Shown: positions 40,721 through 48,444 of the stretch, piece after piece
Position numbering within the stretch: the first letter of the stretch is position 1
Layout of the letters: each line of letters begins with the position of its first letter
NCBI GenBank assembly: GCA_045535095.1
Contig: JAZSKY010000071.1
Coordinates: 2,095 to 66,094 of the forward strand
DNA: 64,000 nucleotides
Origin: Eubacteriales bacterium
GTDB lineage: Bacteria > Bacillota > Clostridia > Oscillospirales > CAG-272
Direction: 5' to 3'
Program-made: the position numbers and the translations under genes
The notes under the pieces: model-generated
The model's input: only the letters and a program-made list of their open reading frames with translations
Databases searched by the model: none
Told to the model about the DNA's origin: nothing

Positions 40721-41863
40721 TTATAACACTTTATTTTTAATATTCGCCTTACTGCACGGACCGCTTACAAACAACTCTATATTTTCAACATTATGCAGAC
40801 TCCCGGCGAGTTTAACAAAACGTCTAGCGGCATCTTCTCCATTCCACTCGTCTATTATCGTGTGATATGCCGCACGCCCGAGTCGTTTTTGCTCTTCCGA
40901 ATGGTCAAGTAGATATTTTACTTTTTTATACAGATCTTCGACGTTTTCGGATTCGTAAATAATACCGTTCTCACCGTCACGAACAAGAAACGGTGTTGCA
41001 CCTGCCGCGCGGCTCGATACGACCGCACAACCGCTATTCATAGCCTCGTTCAGTACCGCGCCCCAGCCCTCTTTTTTATCAGACGTGAACAAAAACACGC
41101 CCGCTTTCTCCATATAGCAACGAACTCTTTCGGGTGCCATAGACCCTAAAAGCTCAACGCAGTCTGACAGATCATATTCACTTATCATAGACGTAATGAC
41201 GTTTTCAAAATCGCCGCGACCTATCATTTTGAGCTTGAAGCTGTACCCTTCTTGTTTGAGTCGTGCCACTACTTTTATAACGTCGTCAGGATGCTTCCAA
41301 TCAATAAAACGACCGCACCATAAAATTTCAGTAGAGGATTTTTGATCCAACAGTGCCGTAACATCGTACGTCTTAGTTTCCGGAAAATATCCCCATTTAT
41401 AAGTTTTGTTTTTAAAAAGGCCGAATTTCGCATAATCAGATGCGGTATATGCACTAGCGCAAAGCATATATATGGGACTCTTATGCGGATTCCACTTGCG
41501 CCATCTCACAAGTCTCGGAAAGTATTTGATCGGCTCTATTCCTTCTTTCAAAGGGCGCTCTGCATATCGAAATACTATCTTTTTGTTTTTGATTCTCTCC
41601 TTGACCCAATCGTTTGGTGCGGCGCCAATGATAACTGCATCAGCCGAATTCACGAACTCCCGGCAAGCGGTCGCGCACTCCTCAGACTTGTATGCAAGCC
41701 TGACATAAGCAGGAACGTTGTTATTGACGTATCCAAGCTTCTTACGCTCAATTCCCATTTCGGAGGTAGCAACAAAAATATATTCATCGCATAAATTATT
41801 CATCTCATCCGAAAACGGTTTTTGATGATGATTGAAATAGTTACTGATAAATGCGACTTTCAT
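40721..41863 (-). CDS. Family 4 (GT1-fold) glycosyltransferase
   Basis: 380 aa. The C-terminal half has FLFTSDKKEGWGAVLNEAMNSGCAVV (EX7E). Confidence 0.8.
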   Translation of the reverse strand: MKVAFISNYFNHHQKPFSDEMNNLCDEYIFVATSEMGIERKKLGYVNNNVPAYVRLAYKSEECATACREFVNSADAVIIGAAPNDWVKERIKNKKIVFRYAERPLKEGIEPIKYFPRLVRWRKWNPHKSPIYMLCASAYTASDYAKFGLFKNKTYKWGYFPETKTYDVTALLDQKSSTEILWCGRFIDWKHPDDVIKVVARLKQEGYSFKLKMIGRGDFENVITSMISEYDLSDCVELLGSMAPERVRCYMEKAGVFLFTSDKKEGWGAVLNEAMNSGCAVVSSRAAGATPFLVRDGENGIIYESENVEDLYKKVKYLLDHSEEQKRLGRAAYHTIIDEWNGEDAARRFVKLAGSLHNVENIELFVSGPCSKANIKNKVL

Positions 41864-41877
41864 ATTATCGGTCTCGC

Positions 41878-43050
41878 CTACCTTTCTATAACTCTATATC
41901 CTTCCATTGCGCCAACAAACATTAAAACAATCAAGAAAAAGTATGGATTTGCCACTATTACAGGCTCGACCGCACAGTTAAGCATTACTGCTATAAACAA
42001 GCACTGCATCACACAGTATGTAGTGTTTTCTCCACGCTCGTTCGAAATGCGTCTGAACACAAAAAATCTTTTTATATAATAAATAGTCAAGCCGACGATC
42101 AGAACGAAAGGTATTATTCCAACCTCTCCGTAAACGTCTATCCACAAATTATGTCTGAAGCTGTTTTTAGGACTTCCGAAAGGATGCTCTAACCACACCC
42201 CGTCCTTAAACATACTCGACCAAGCCGAAAGTCTTCCTGCCGGATCATCGTATCGTTGTACGATCTTCAGCGAAAGAAACCAGTCTGTAATTCCGCCCCA
42301 GTTGAAAGAAAACGCCATAATTATAAGCAGTAAAAAGAGGGTCCCAACTAACAAAGACAAAACTTTGATTGTCGGCGATACGCGCGTAGAAGCTGCGGCG
42401 GAGACAGCCTTAAACAGAACAACAAGGGCGACTATTACCAAAAGCGTTCTGTTTGCCAGAAACAACGAAAACGAAAGCGTAGAAATCAAAATAGCAGCTG
42501 CAAGCACCTTGTATCTAGCCCGTGCCTTAGAAAACAGCGTTCCTATGCTGATACCCGTTGCAAAAGTATAGAACATTCCCGTTACTGTTGCCGATACGAT
42601 TTCATTTCTCCAGATATCCACCGCTACTCTCTGATAACTGTATGTATTATACAGGTTTGAATTCAAATACGCAAAAATATTCAGAGTTCCGTGCAAAAGC
42701 ATGCCCGCTGACAATACAAGAACTATTGTAAGCAGTGGGTTTCGTGCGTTTGATGTTTCAACGTAAATCTTTCCAACGAAATATGCCGCCCACGGGCCTA
42801 TCAAATACTTGACCATGTTTTCTATGTTATATCCGTGCCAGTAGGTGTGGATCAAAAAATACGACACAGAAAACAGCATCAAAAATAAAACAGGAAGCGA
42901 TATCTTTATTTTATTGAAATTTAAAAATAATACTATCACCGACATAAAAGCGAAAATATATCCGCCCTTATTAAACAGTGAAATTGAAAAACAAAACAGT
43001 GCAGCAATAAGCAATATCTCGCCAACTGTTAATTTGTGCCTTACCTTCAT
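41878..43050 (-). CDS. wzy: O-antigen/capsule repeat-unit polymerase (Wzy / O-antigen ligase family)
   Basis: 390 aa, about 10-11 TM segments with one larger loop. It lies inside the glycosyltransferase block. Confidence 0.65.
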   Translation of the reverse strand: MKVRHKLTVGEILLIAALFCFSISLFNKGGYIFAFMSVIVLFLNFNKIKISLPVLFLMLFSVSYFLIHTYWHGYNIENMVKYLIGPWAAYFVGKIYVETSNARNPLLTIVLVLSAGMLLHGTLNIFAYLNSNLYNTYSYQRVAVDIWRNEIVSATVTGMFYTFATGISIGTLFSKARARYKVLAAAILISTLSFSLFLANRTLLVIVALVVLFKAVSAAASTRVSPTIKVLSLLVGTLFLLLIIMAFSFNWGGITDWFLSLKIVQRYDDPAGRLSAWSSMFKDGVWLEHPFGSPKNSFRHNLWIDVYGEVGIIPFVLIVGLTIYYIKRFFVFRRISNERGENTTYCVMQCLFIAVMLNCAVEPVIVANPYFFLIVLMFVGAMEGYRVIER

Positions 43051-43053
43051 TTG

Positions 43054-44259
43054 CTATTCCTTTGCTAATATTCTGCGATATATATCTATATATCGATCAA
43101 TCATAGTTTCCTTTGAATGCTCGCGACGCGCGTTATTCACAACGTCAGATTTCGGCTTTTCTTTCAATATTTCGTCCAGCTTATCCTTCATTAAATCAAC
43201 ACGCGCAAAATCAACAACGTCCCCCATGCCGCTCGGTATCGTTTCCTTAACCCCTCCGATGTCAAAACCAACAACAGGAGTTCCGCAAGAGGTTGCCTCC
43301 AGACACACCGTAGGATAGTTATCGTTTCTGCTACACATTATTAAAGCATCTGATGCCGAATAAATTTCCGCAAGCATATTCTGATCATTGATTTTGCCCA
43401 GGGAAACGATATTCTTTTTATCCGTTTTGAAATCTTCTCCGACGAAAACAAACTTGTATGGCTTTTCCTCGCAAGCTTGTGCAAGCGCCAGCGCAAAATC
43501 GAATCCTTTTAACTCGGAGAAATACGGTGCAACAAATAGAACCACCTTATCATCGCCTACATCCAGATCCGAGAAAATACGCTCTCTTGCTTCCTCCCTC
43601 GGGTAAAAAATACTTTCATTATCTATTCCGTTATGAAGCGTGATTATATTTTTATCTTTAAGAGCGCCGCTTTTCTGCGCTCTTGCGCGGATCCAATCCG
43701 AGCAACCGACGATCGTAAGATTCTCCCAGCCTTCATATTGACGGTGCATTTTTTTCCAAGAAGACGAAGTGCGGTCAAACAGTAGCGATTTTGTTTCTTG
43801 CCTTAGTTTGGGACAATCGGTGCAGCCGCTAATCCACTGATCGCAATCATCTGCATATCCGCAATTACCCGTGTACATGAACTCGGCGTGGAGAGTAATC
43901 ACGGTAGGAATGTTTGATTTTTTCAAAAAAGCGAGAAGTCTGTAAATGTTACAAAAATAACCGTTTATGCATTGCAAATGAACTATATCCGGACGCTCTT
44001 TACGAATTTTTCGAATCAGCAATGACGTGGATATATGACAAGCGCCATACATAAGTCCTGTAATTCTGGAGATCAAGTTATTAGCCTTGCCAAGCAAATC
44101 ACCGCAAATTCTCACAGTGCCGTCTGCATTCACTTTTTTTCCTCGCCCGTATATAACGACAGACTCAAAACCACGACGCAGCAGTCCTTCGTGAATATCT
44201 CTTGTGATTTTACCTGTACTTCCCTTTGCATAAACACAGTTTATTTGCAATATTTTCAT
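43054..44259 (-). CDS. Family 4 glycosyltransferase
   Basis: Start re-set to MKILQINCVYAKGSTGKI (ATG 44259). EX7E region IMCSRNDNYPTVCLEATSCGTPVVG. The track's 38-aa N-terminal extension overlaps the upstream gene and looks non-coding. Confidence 0.8.
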   Translation of the reverse strand: MKILQINCVYAKGSTGKITRDIHEGLLRRGFESVVIYGRGKKVNADGTVRICGDLLGKANNLISRITGLMYGACHISTSLLIRKIRKERPDIVHLQCINGYFCNIYRLLAFLKKSNIPTVITLHAEFMYTGNCGYADDCDQWISGCTDCPKLRQETKSLLFDRTSSSWKKMHRQYEGWENLTIVGCSDWIRARAQKSGALKDKNIITLHNGIDNESIFYPREEARERIFSDLDVGDDKVVLFVAPYFSELKGFDFALALAQACEEKPYKFVFVGEDFKTDKKNIVSLGKINDQNMLAEIYSASDALIMCSRNDNYPTVCLEATSCGTPVVGFDIGGVKETIPSGMGDVVDFARVDLMKDKLDEILKEKPKSDVVNNARREHSKETMIDRYIDIYRRILAKE

Positions 44260-44353
44260 ATCAAAAATCGCGTAGAGACAAACAAATCCAACGCTTCTCT
44301 CACAAAATATTTTGCGCAACGCTAAAAACGCGCGTACATAGTTCATTATACCA

Positions 44354-45511
44354 TCAAAGCACACCAAAGTCAATGATTTTTGTTATATTTTTTCGTAAAA
44401 AAATACATTTTGATACAAAAATGTGCCATATATACGGATAAAATACGTACAGCTTGGAAATACACATGGTAGCATCTCTGTTAGCGGTTGCACCTACGGT
44501 GTAGTCAAGATAAAGAACGTAGTACAAAATGCCTTCGCCGTAGTAGGTGTTAGCATTTCCGGGGACCGTTGCTCCGAACACAATACCGTACTTATAGCTT
44601 TCACTGTCGTTTACAGCGATATTCTGGTAATCGTAGAAGGTGAAACGGAATGCGGTTTCACTTGCATCTGCAAGATCTTTTCTTATTGCAAGAGAATTTT
44701 CGGTCTGCGAGGTGAAGCCATGGCGCTTCAGACCACTGACACCGGCACTCTTTGCAGCCCACGATCCGCTGTTGATAACGTAATCGGTATCAGCATCGGT
44801 GGTCATACCAACAAACTGGAAGGGCATATTGGTACCAACCGTTGAATCTTTATTATCATCAAGATTCGTGTCCGTGGAAAAGTTGTCGATCATAATTCCG
44901 TATTCGGAACCGGTGATAGTATTACCTTTGCTGTTATAGAAGCACATGTCCTCTACCATCAGCTTGATGTAACCGTCCTTAGTGAAGTAAACGGCTATCG
45001 TGCCGGTCTCCATGTTCTGAACCTCAAGAGTCTCGATAACCGATACGAGGTCGGTTTCTGAAACCTTGGACTCCACACCGTCAACGACCTTATCAAGTCT
45101 GAGCTTGGGGTAAGAGTTGTTATCCAGCATTACGTAATAGTAGTAATAGGTACCGCTGGAAAGGTTGTCGATGTCGTTTACACCGAAGATGATACCCTTG
45201 TTTCTGCAAGACTGCATAAAAGAGCCTATCGGCATTTCAAGCGCAATTTCACCTTCGCCAACGGTACCGCTCTTCTGTACGACAGCCTTACCGGTCTTTG
45301 CCCCCCTTGTTGCCCTGTGCAAAGGTGATGGTGTATATGCCATCTTCTTTGGTGAGCTTAGGAGATTTTGTTCCACTAACAAGCGTGTAACCGTCTTCTT
45401 CAGGCGTGGTCTCGGTTTCAGACGCCGGAGTAGTGGAAGCGACAATGCTGAGCGGTATCATCGAAAGAACGAATGACAACACAAGCAGCATTGAAATAAG
45501 TCTCTTTTCAT
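44354..45511 (-). pseudogene. Secreted protein gene disrupted at a C6/G6 homopolymer, and probably again at its 5' end
   Basis: The signal-peptide ORF (45491-45288, MLLVLSFVLSMIPLSIVAS...) ends just after GGGGGG (plus-strand CCCCCC at 45301-45306). The 363-aa frame continues with GAKTGKAVVQKSG in another phase, and one G fewer would fuse them. The strong RBS-ATG at 45511 (GAGGAGG) is 20 nt upstream of ATG 45491, so it is out of frame. Confidence 0.65.
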
Positions 45512-45923
45512 AATAATTTCCTCCTCTTTAGAATTTACAGTCGGCAAGTTGAGTGGATTTTATGATTTTTGCCGTCCGTAGTTATGAATTGAGATTCTTA
45601 TACATCGTCAATTATATCATATTTTGGGCTAAAAGTCAACGAAAAGGGCGTGTTTTTCGGCTTGGTTTTGATTTTTTGGCATTATGAATATATCGGGCGC
45701 AACTTTCTTGTATATATTACACAAAGCATTTGGAGAATTTTGTAAACGGGAAAGAGGAGCGTTCTGTTTTTATGCTTTTTGGGAAGAAAAGTGCTACATT
45801 TTCATTATATTCACGTGAGAAATTACCTTTTTTCACCTAATCAGAGTACGGCGTCGGTGTGCTTGTCCTTTTTCTTCTCGCTCGCTGCTCGGCGGGCGTG
45901 GATAAGAATGAGATACTTTTTCA

Positions 45924-45963
45924 GACAAAACAACCCCCGATGCAGAGATCTTCCGCATCGGGG
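45924..45963 (-). terminator. Intrinsic terminator ending the pilus operon
   Basis: Minus strand: CCCCGATGC, an 11-nt loop, GCATCGGGG, then GTTGTTTTGTCTG. Confidence 0.75.
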
Positions 45964-45969
45964 TTTGGC

Positions 45970-46554
45970 TCAATATGCCGTATCGCAAAAAACGATCAGA
46001 TATTCAAACGAATAGACGTTTTTTATGAACAGTGTAAGGGGCGCTTCCTCGCGCGAGAGGGCGTCCTTATTTGCGTGTCTTGCGCTACGGATAGCGCTTA
46101 TTTCAAGGGTGTATCTATTGCCCTCCGTATCGGTATAGATAACAGTATCGCCAAGCGAAAGAGAGCGGTAAAAGTCGAACTGACCCTTCTCTGCGGTCGC
46201 GCCGATCTTCAGAGAGCCGTCGTAAATGCTTCCGTCAAAGAGGCAGGGGTATCTTGATACCCTTCCCCACGATGCACCGACGGGGAGCGCAGCTCCGTAC
46301 TGAGGCATCTCAATAATGCCGACGAAATCGGTTCCGTCCACCGACAGAGCGGACATCGTGTTATCCCGTCTTTCCTCGATGGGCGCTTCCTTCGGCTCGG
46401 GGATAAGTTCGAGCAGAGCGCTCGCGTAGCTCTCTGCTTTTTCAGCGTTTCGCGCGATACCGATCCTCCACGCGGCAAAGGAGATCGCCGCGCAAACGAT
46501 CAGGCACGCTCCGACTGCAACGCAAAGGGTACGGACAGATTTTACAGATTTCAT
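45970..46554 (-). CDS. Sortase-like protein in which the catalytic His, Cys and Arg motifs are not recognisable
   Basis: 194 aa with an N-terminal TM. FVGIIEMPQYGAALPV...GSLKIGATAEKG...GDTVIY...PLTLFIKNV aligns by eye with the class C sortase next door (GYLEIDRIGVELPV...LSAHRG...GDTFRI...CTLFTCTP), but T replaces H and IK replaces TC. Confidence 0.5.
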   Translation of the reverse strand: MKSVKSVRTLCVAVGACLIVCAAISFAAWRIGIARNAEKAESYASALLELIPEPKEAPIEERRDNTMSALSVDGTDFVGIIEMPQYGAALPVGASWGRVSRYPCLFDGSIYDGSLKIGATAEKGQFDFYRSLSLGDTVIYTDTEGNRYTLEISAIRSARHANKDALSREEAPLTLFIKNVYSFEYLIVFCDTAY

Positions 46555-47507
46555 ACGCTCTTCCTCTTTCCGAGGAGTCCGACTGCAACGAGTACGCTAC
46601 CCGAGGCTATCATCAGAAGAAGATACGCAAGCGTATTTGACGTATCGCCCGTATCGGGAGGCGTATCGGGATAACCCGGGCTATCGGGGTCGTAGGTATT
46701 GGTCAGAACGAAGGCTCCGTCCCTCTTTTCGATGCTTGCGGTATAGCCGCTCGGGACGTTTCGCTCGGCGACAGTCCAGCTCGAGCCGTCGTTTTCGGCG
46801 CTCCAGCTGTACGTCCAGTTATTTGATGCCGAAAGAGTTGCCTTTTTATAGCTTTTTCCGTCGCGGAAGATCTCAATTTCAACGCTCTTCGGGCGGTCAC
46901 GACCCTCGTCACCCTTCCAAAGCTTTACTACCTTGATCTCGATCTTCTCGTCCGAATCTACGGGAGGAAGAAGCTCGGTTTTGGCGTAAATGGGGACGTT
47001 ATACTGCCACTTTCCGTCCACTCCCGCGTCAGGAAGAGAGATGAGTACGGGGGCGCAGCCATAGCTTTCAGAGTCTATTACCGTCTGTCCGACTGTGGCA
47101 AAATAAAGTCCGCAATCGAGCGAGGAGAACGTGACCTCTCCCCTATCGTTTGTGATCTGCTCGCTATCACACTCTACCCCGTTTGCAACGATATACGATT
47201 CGAGCGTCGAGGAGACTACCCGCCATTCACTCGACGAGCGGATCCCGTTTAAAATGAGTCCCGTACCGCTGAATTTTCCGCTGAGAGTATAGCGCACGTC
47301 GGGCGAAACGTCGGCGATCTTATAGAGCTTTACTTCAATATTTGCAAAGTCGATCACACCGTACTCATAGGTAATATTAAGCTCGCATTTTTGATTTGTA
47401 TCTATAAGCTGAACGGCATCTCCCGTCGGAGCGGAAATCACGCAAAAAGGCACGAGAATTGCGCAAAAACAGATTAAAGTTGCAATTATCACTATTCTTT
47501 TTCGCAT
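46551..47507 (-). CDS. Basal/minor pilin with a Cna-B domain and a PPDTG sorting signal
   Basis: 318 aa with a signal peptide. VKLWKGDEGRDRPKSVEIEIFRDGK...WTYSW...VPSGY. The C-terminus is PPDTG plus a TM and KRKSV. Confidence 0.75.
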   Translation of the reverse strand: MRKRIVIIATLICFCAILVPFCVISAPTGDAVQLIDTNQKCELNITYEYGVIDFANIEVKLYKIADVSPDVRYTLSGKFSGTGLILNGIRSSSEWRVVSSTLESYIVANGVECDSEQITNDRGEVTFSSLDCGLYFATVGQTVIDSESYGCAPVLISLPDAGVDGKWQYNVPIYAKTELLPPVDSDEKIEIKVVKLWKGDEGRDRPKSVEIEIFRDGKSYKKATLSASNNWTYSWSAENDGSSWTVAERNVPSGYTASIEKRDGAFVLTNTYDPDSPGYPDTPPDTGDTSNTLAYLLLMIASGSVLVAVGLLGKRKSV

Positions 47508-48373
47508 TGTTTTTCCTCCTTGTTTGGTGTGACTTTATTAGTATTTTTATTCTTCGGTGGCTCTCTGTACTTAACGAGCAGATGGATAAGAAGCACGAAA
47601 AGCATGGGCGCGGCAACTGCCGGAGTTACCACGAGAGGCTCTATTCTGAAGGCTTCGTTTGAAACGTAAATAACCGATTTTTCCTTAACCGTTTCGATAC
47701 GCTTACCGCGCACGAGAAGTCTATGCGTATTGATTCCGTAGGGTGTGCAGGTAAAGAGCGTACAGTAGTCCTCGCCCTCGATTATCCGCAGATCGGACAC
47801 CTCATCCGGCCTTATGACCTTTACCATATCGACCTGATAGGTCAGCACCTCGTCAAGAATTATTATGCGGAATGTATCTCCCTTTTCCATTCTGTCAAGG
47901 TCTGTAAAGAGCTTTGAGGAGGGCAGTCCTCTATGCGCCGACAGAACGCTGTGCGTGCTTTCTCCGCCGACGGGAAGGCTCGTTCCCTCAAGATGTCCGA
48001 CACCCATATTCAGAACGCTGTCCGACGTGCCGTGATAGACGGGAAGCTCGACGCCTATTCTGTCTATTTCAAGGTATCCCATCATTCCGTTGCCCGTGAT
48101 GTTGAGAGCCTCGTTGTAGCCCGAAATACTGCCGTAATTCGACAGAGGATTTTTCGTGTTGTAAAGCGCGTCGTTATACGCGCGAGCGTCGCTACGCAGT
48201 TTTTCATACTCCTCTGCGCTCATCTGATTTAAAACCGACTCGTAGTCAACGATAGCGCGGCTTTGCGTCTTACTGTTCCAGTAGTCGCTGATAGTCGGAT
48301 ATAACAGAATGCAGACGCCTATCAAAAAACCAAGCGTCAAAAAAATCACTGTTTTGTGCCTTTTCATAAGCAT
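47492..48373 (-). CDS. srtC: Class C (pilin-polymerising) sortase
   Basis: 293 aa. LSAHRGLP, TLFTCTPYGINTHRLLVRG, and a C-terminal TM. Confidence 0.92.
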   Translation of the reverse strand: MLMKRHKTVIFLTLGFLIGVCILLYPTISDYWNSKTQSRAIVDYESVLNQMSAEEYEKLRSDARAYNDALYNTKNPLSNYGSISGYNEALNITGNGMMGYLEIDRIGVELPVYHGTSDSVLNMGVGHLEGTSLPVGGESTHSVLSAHRGLPSSKLFTDLDRMEKGDTFRIIILDEVLTYQVDMVKVIRPDEVSDLRIIEGEDYCTLFTCTPYGINTHRLLVRGKRIETVKEKSVIYVSNEAFRIEPLVVTPAVAAPMLFVLLIHLLVKYREPPKNKNTNKVTPNKEEKQCEKE

Positions 48374-48395
48374 CTCCTCTCCGTTATATTTGTAA

Positions 48396-48423
48396 GGGAG
48401 GAAAGGAGATCTCCTCTCCTCCC
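48396..48423 (-). promoter_or_regulatory. Strong hairpin between the major pilin and sortase genes
   Basis: Near-perfect palindrome GGGAGGAAAGGAGATCTCCTCTCCTCCC (14 bp with one mismatch). Its pyrimidine arm is complementary to the sortase SD GGAGAGGAG at 48374-48382. Confidence 0.35.
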
Positions 48424-48444
48424 CTACACGTTTAAAAGGTCAAA

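Noticed and set aside
44260-44373. A 38-aa N-terminal extension of the GT4 gene as given by the ORF track (start at 44373).
   Set aside because: The extension (MTLVCFDGIMNYVRAFLALRKIFCERSV…) overlaps the 3' end of the upstream frame and has no GT4 counterpart. The canonical MKILQINCVY start at 44259 matches the family N-terminus.
45512-45923. A possible small gene or ncRNA in the 460-bp gap between the pilus-operon terminator and the frameshifted secreted-protein gene (track ORFs 45779-46015 and 45859-46257).
   Set aside because: These ORFs have no RBS and run antisense into the sortase-like gene and its terminator. The region is AT-rich promoter-like DNA. I could not identify a conserved RNA motif by eye.
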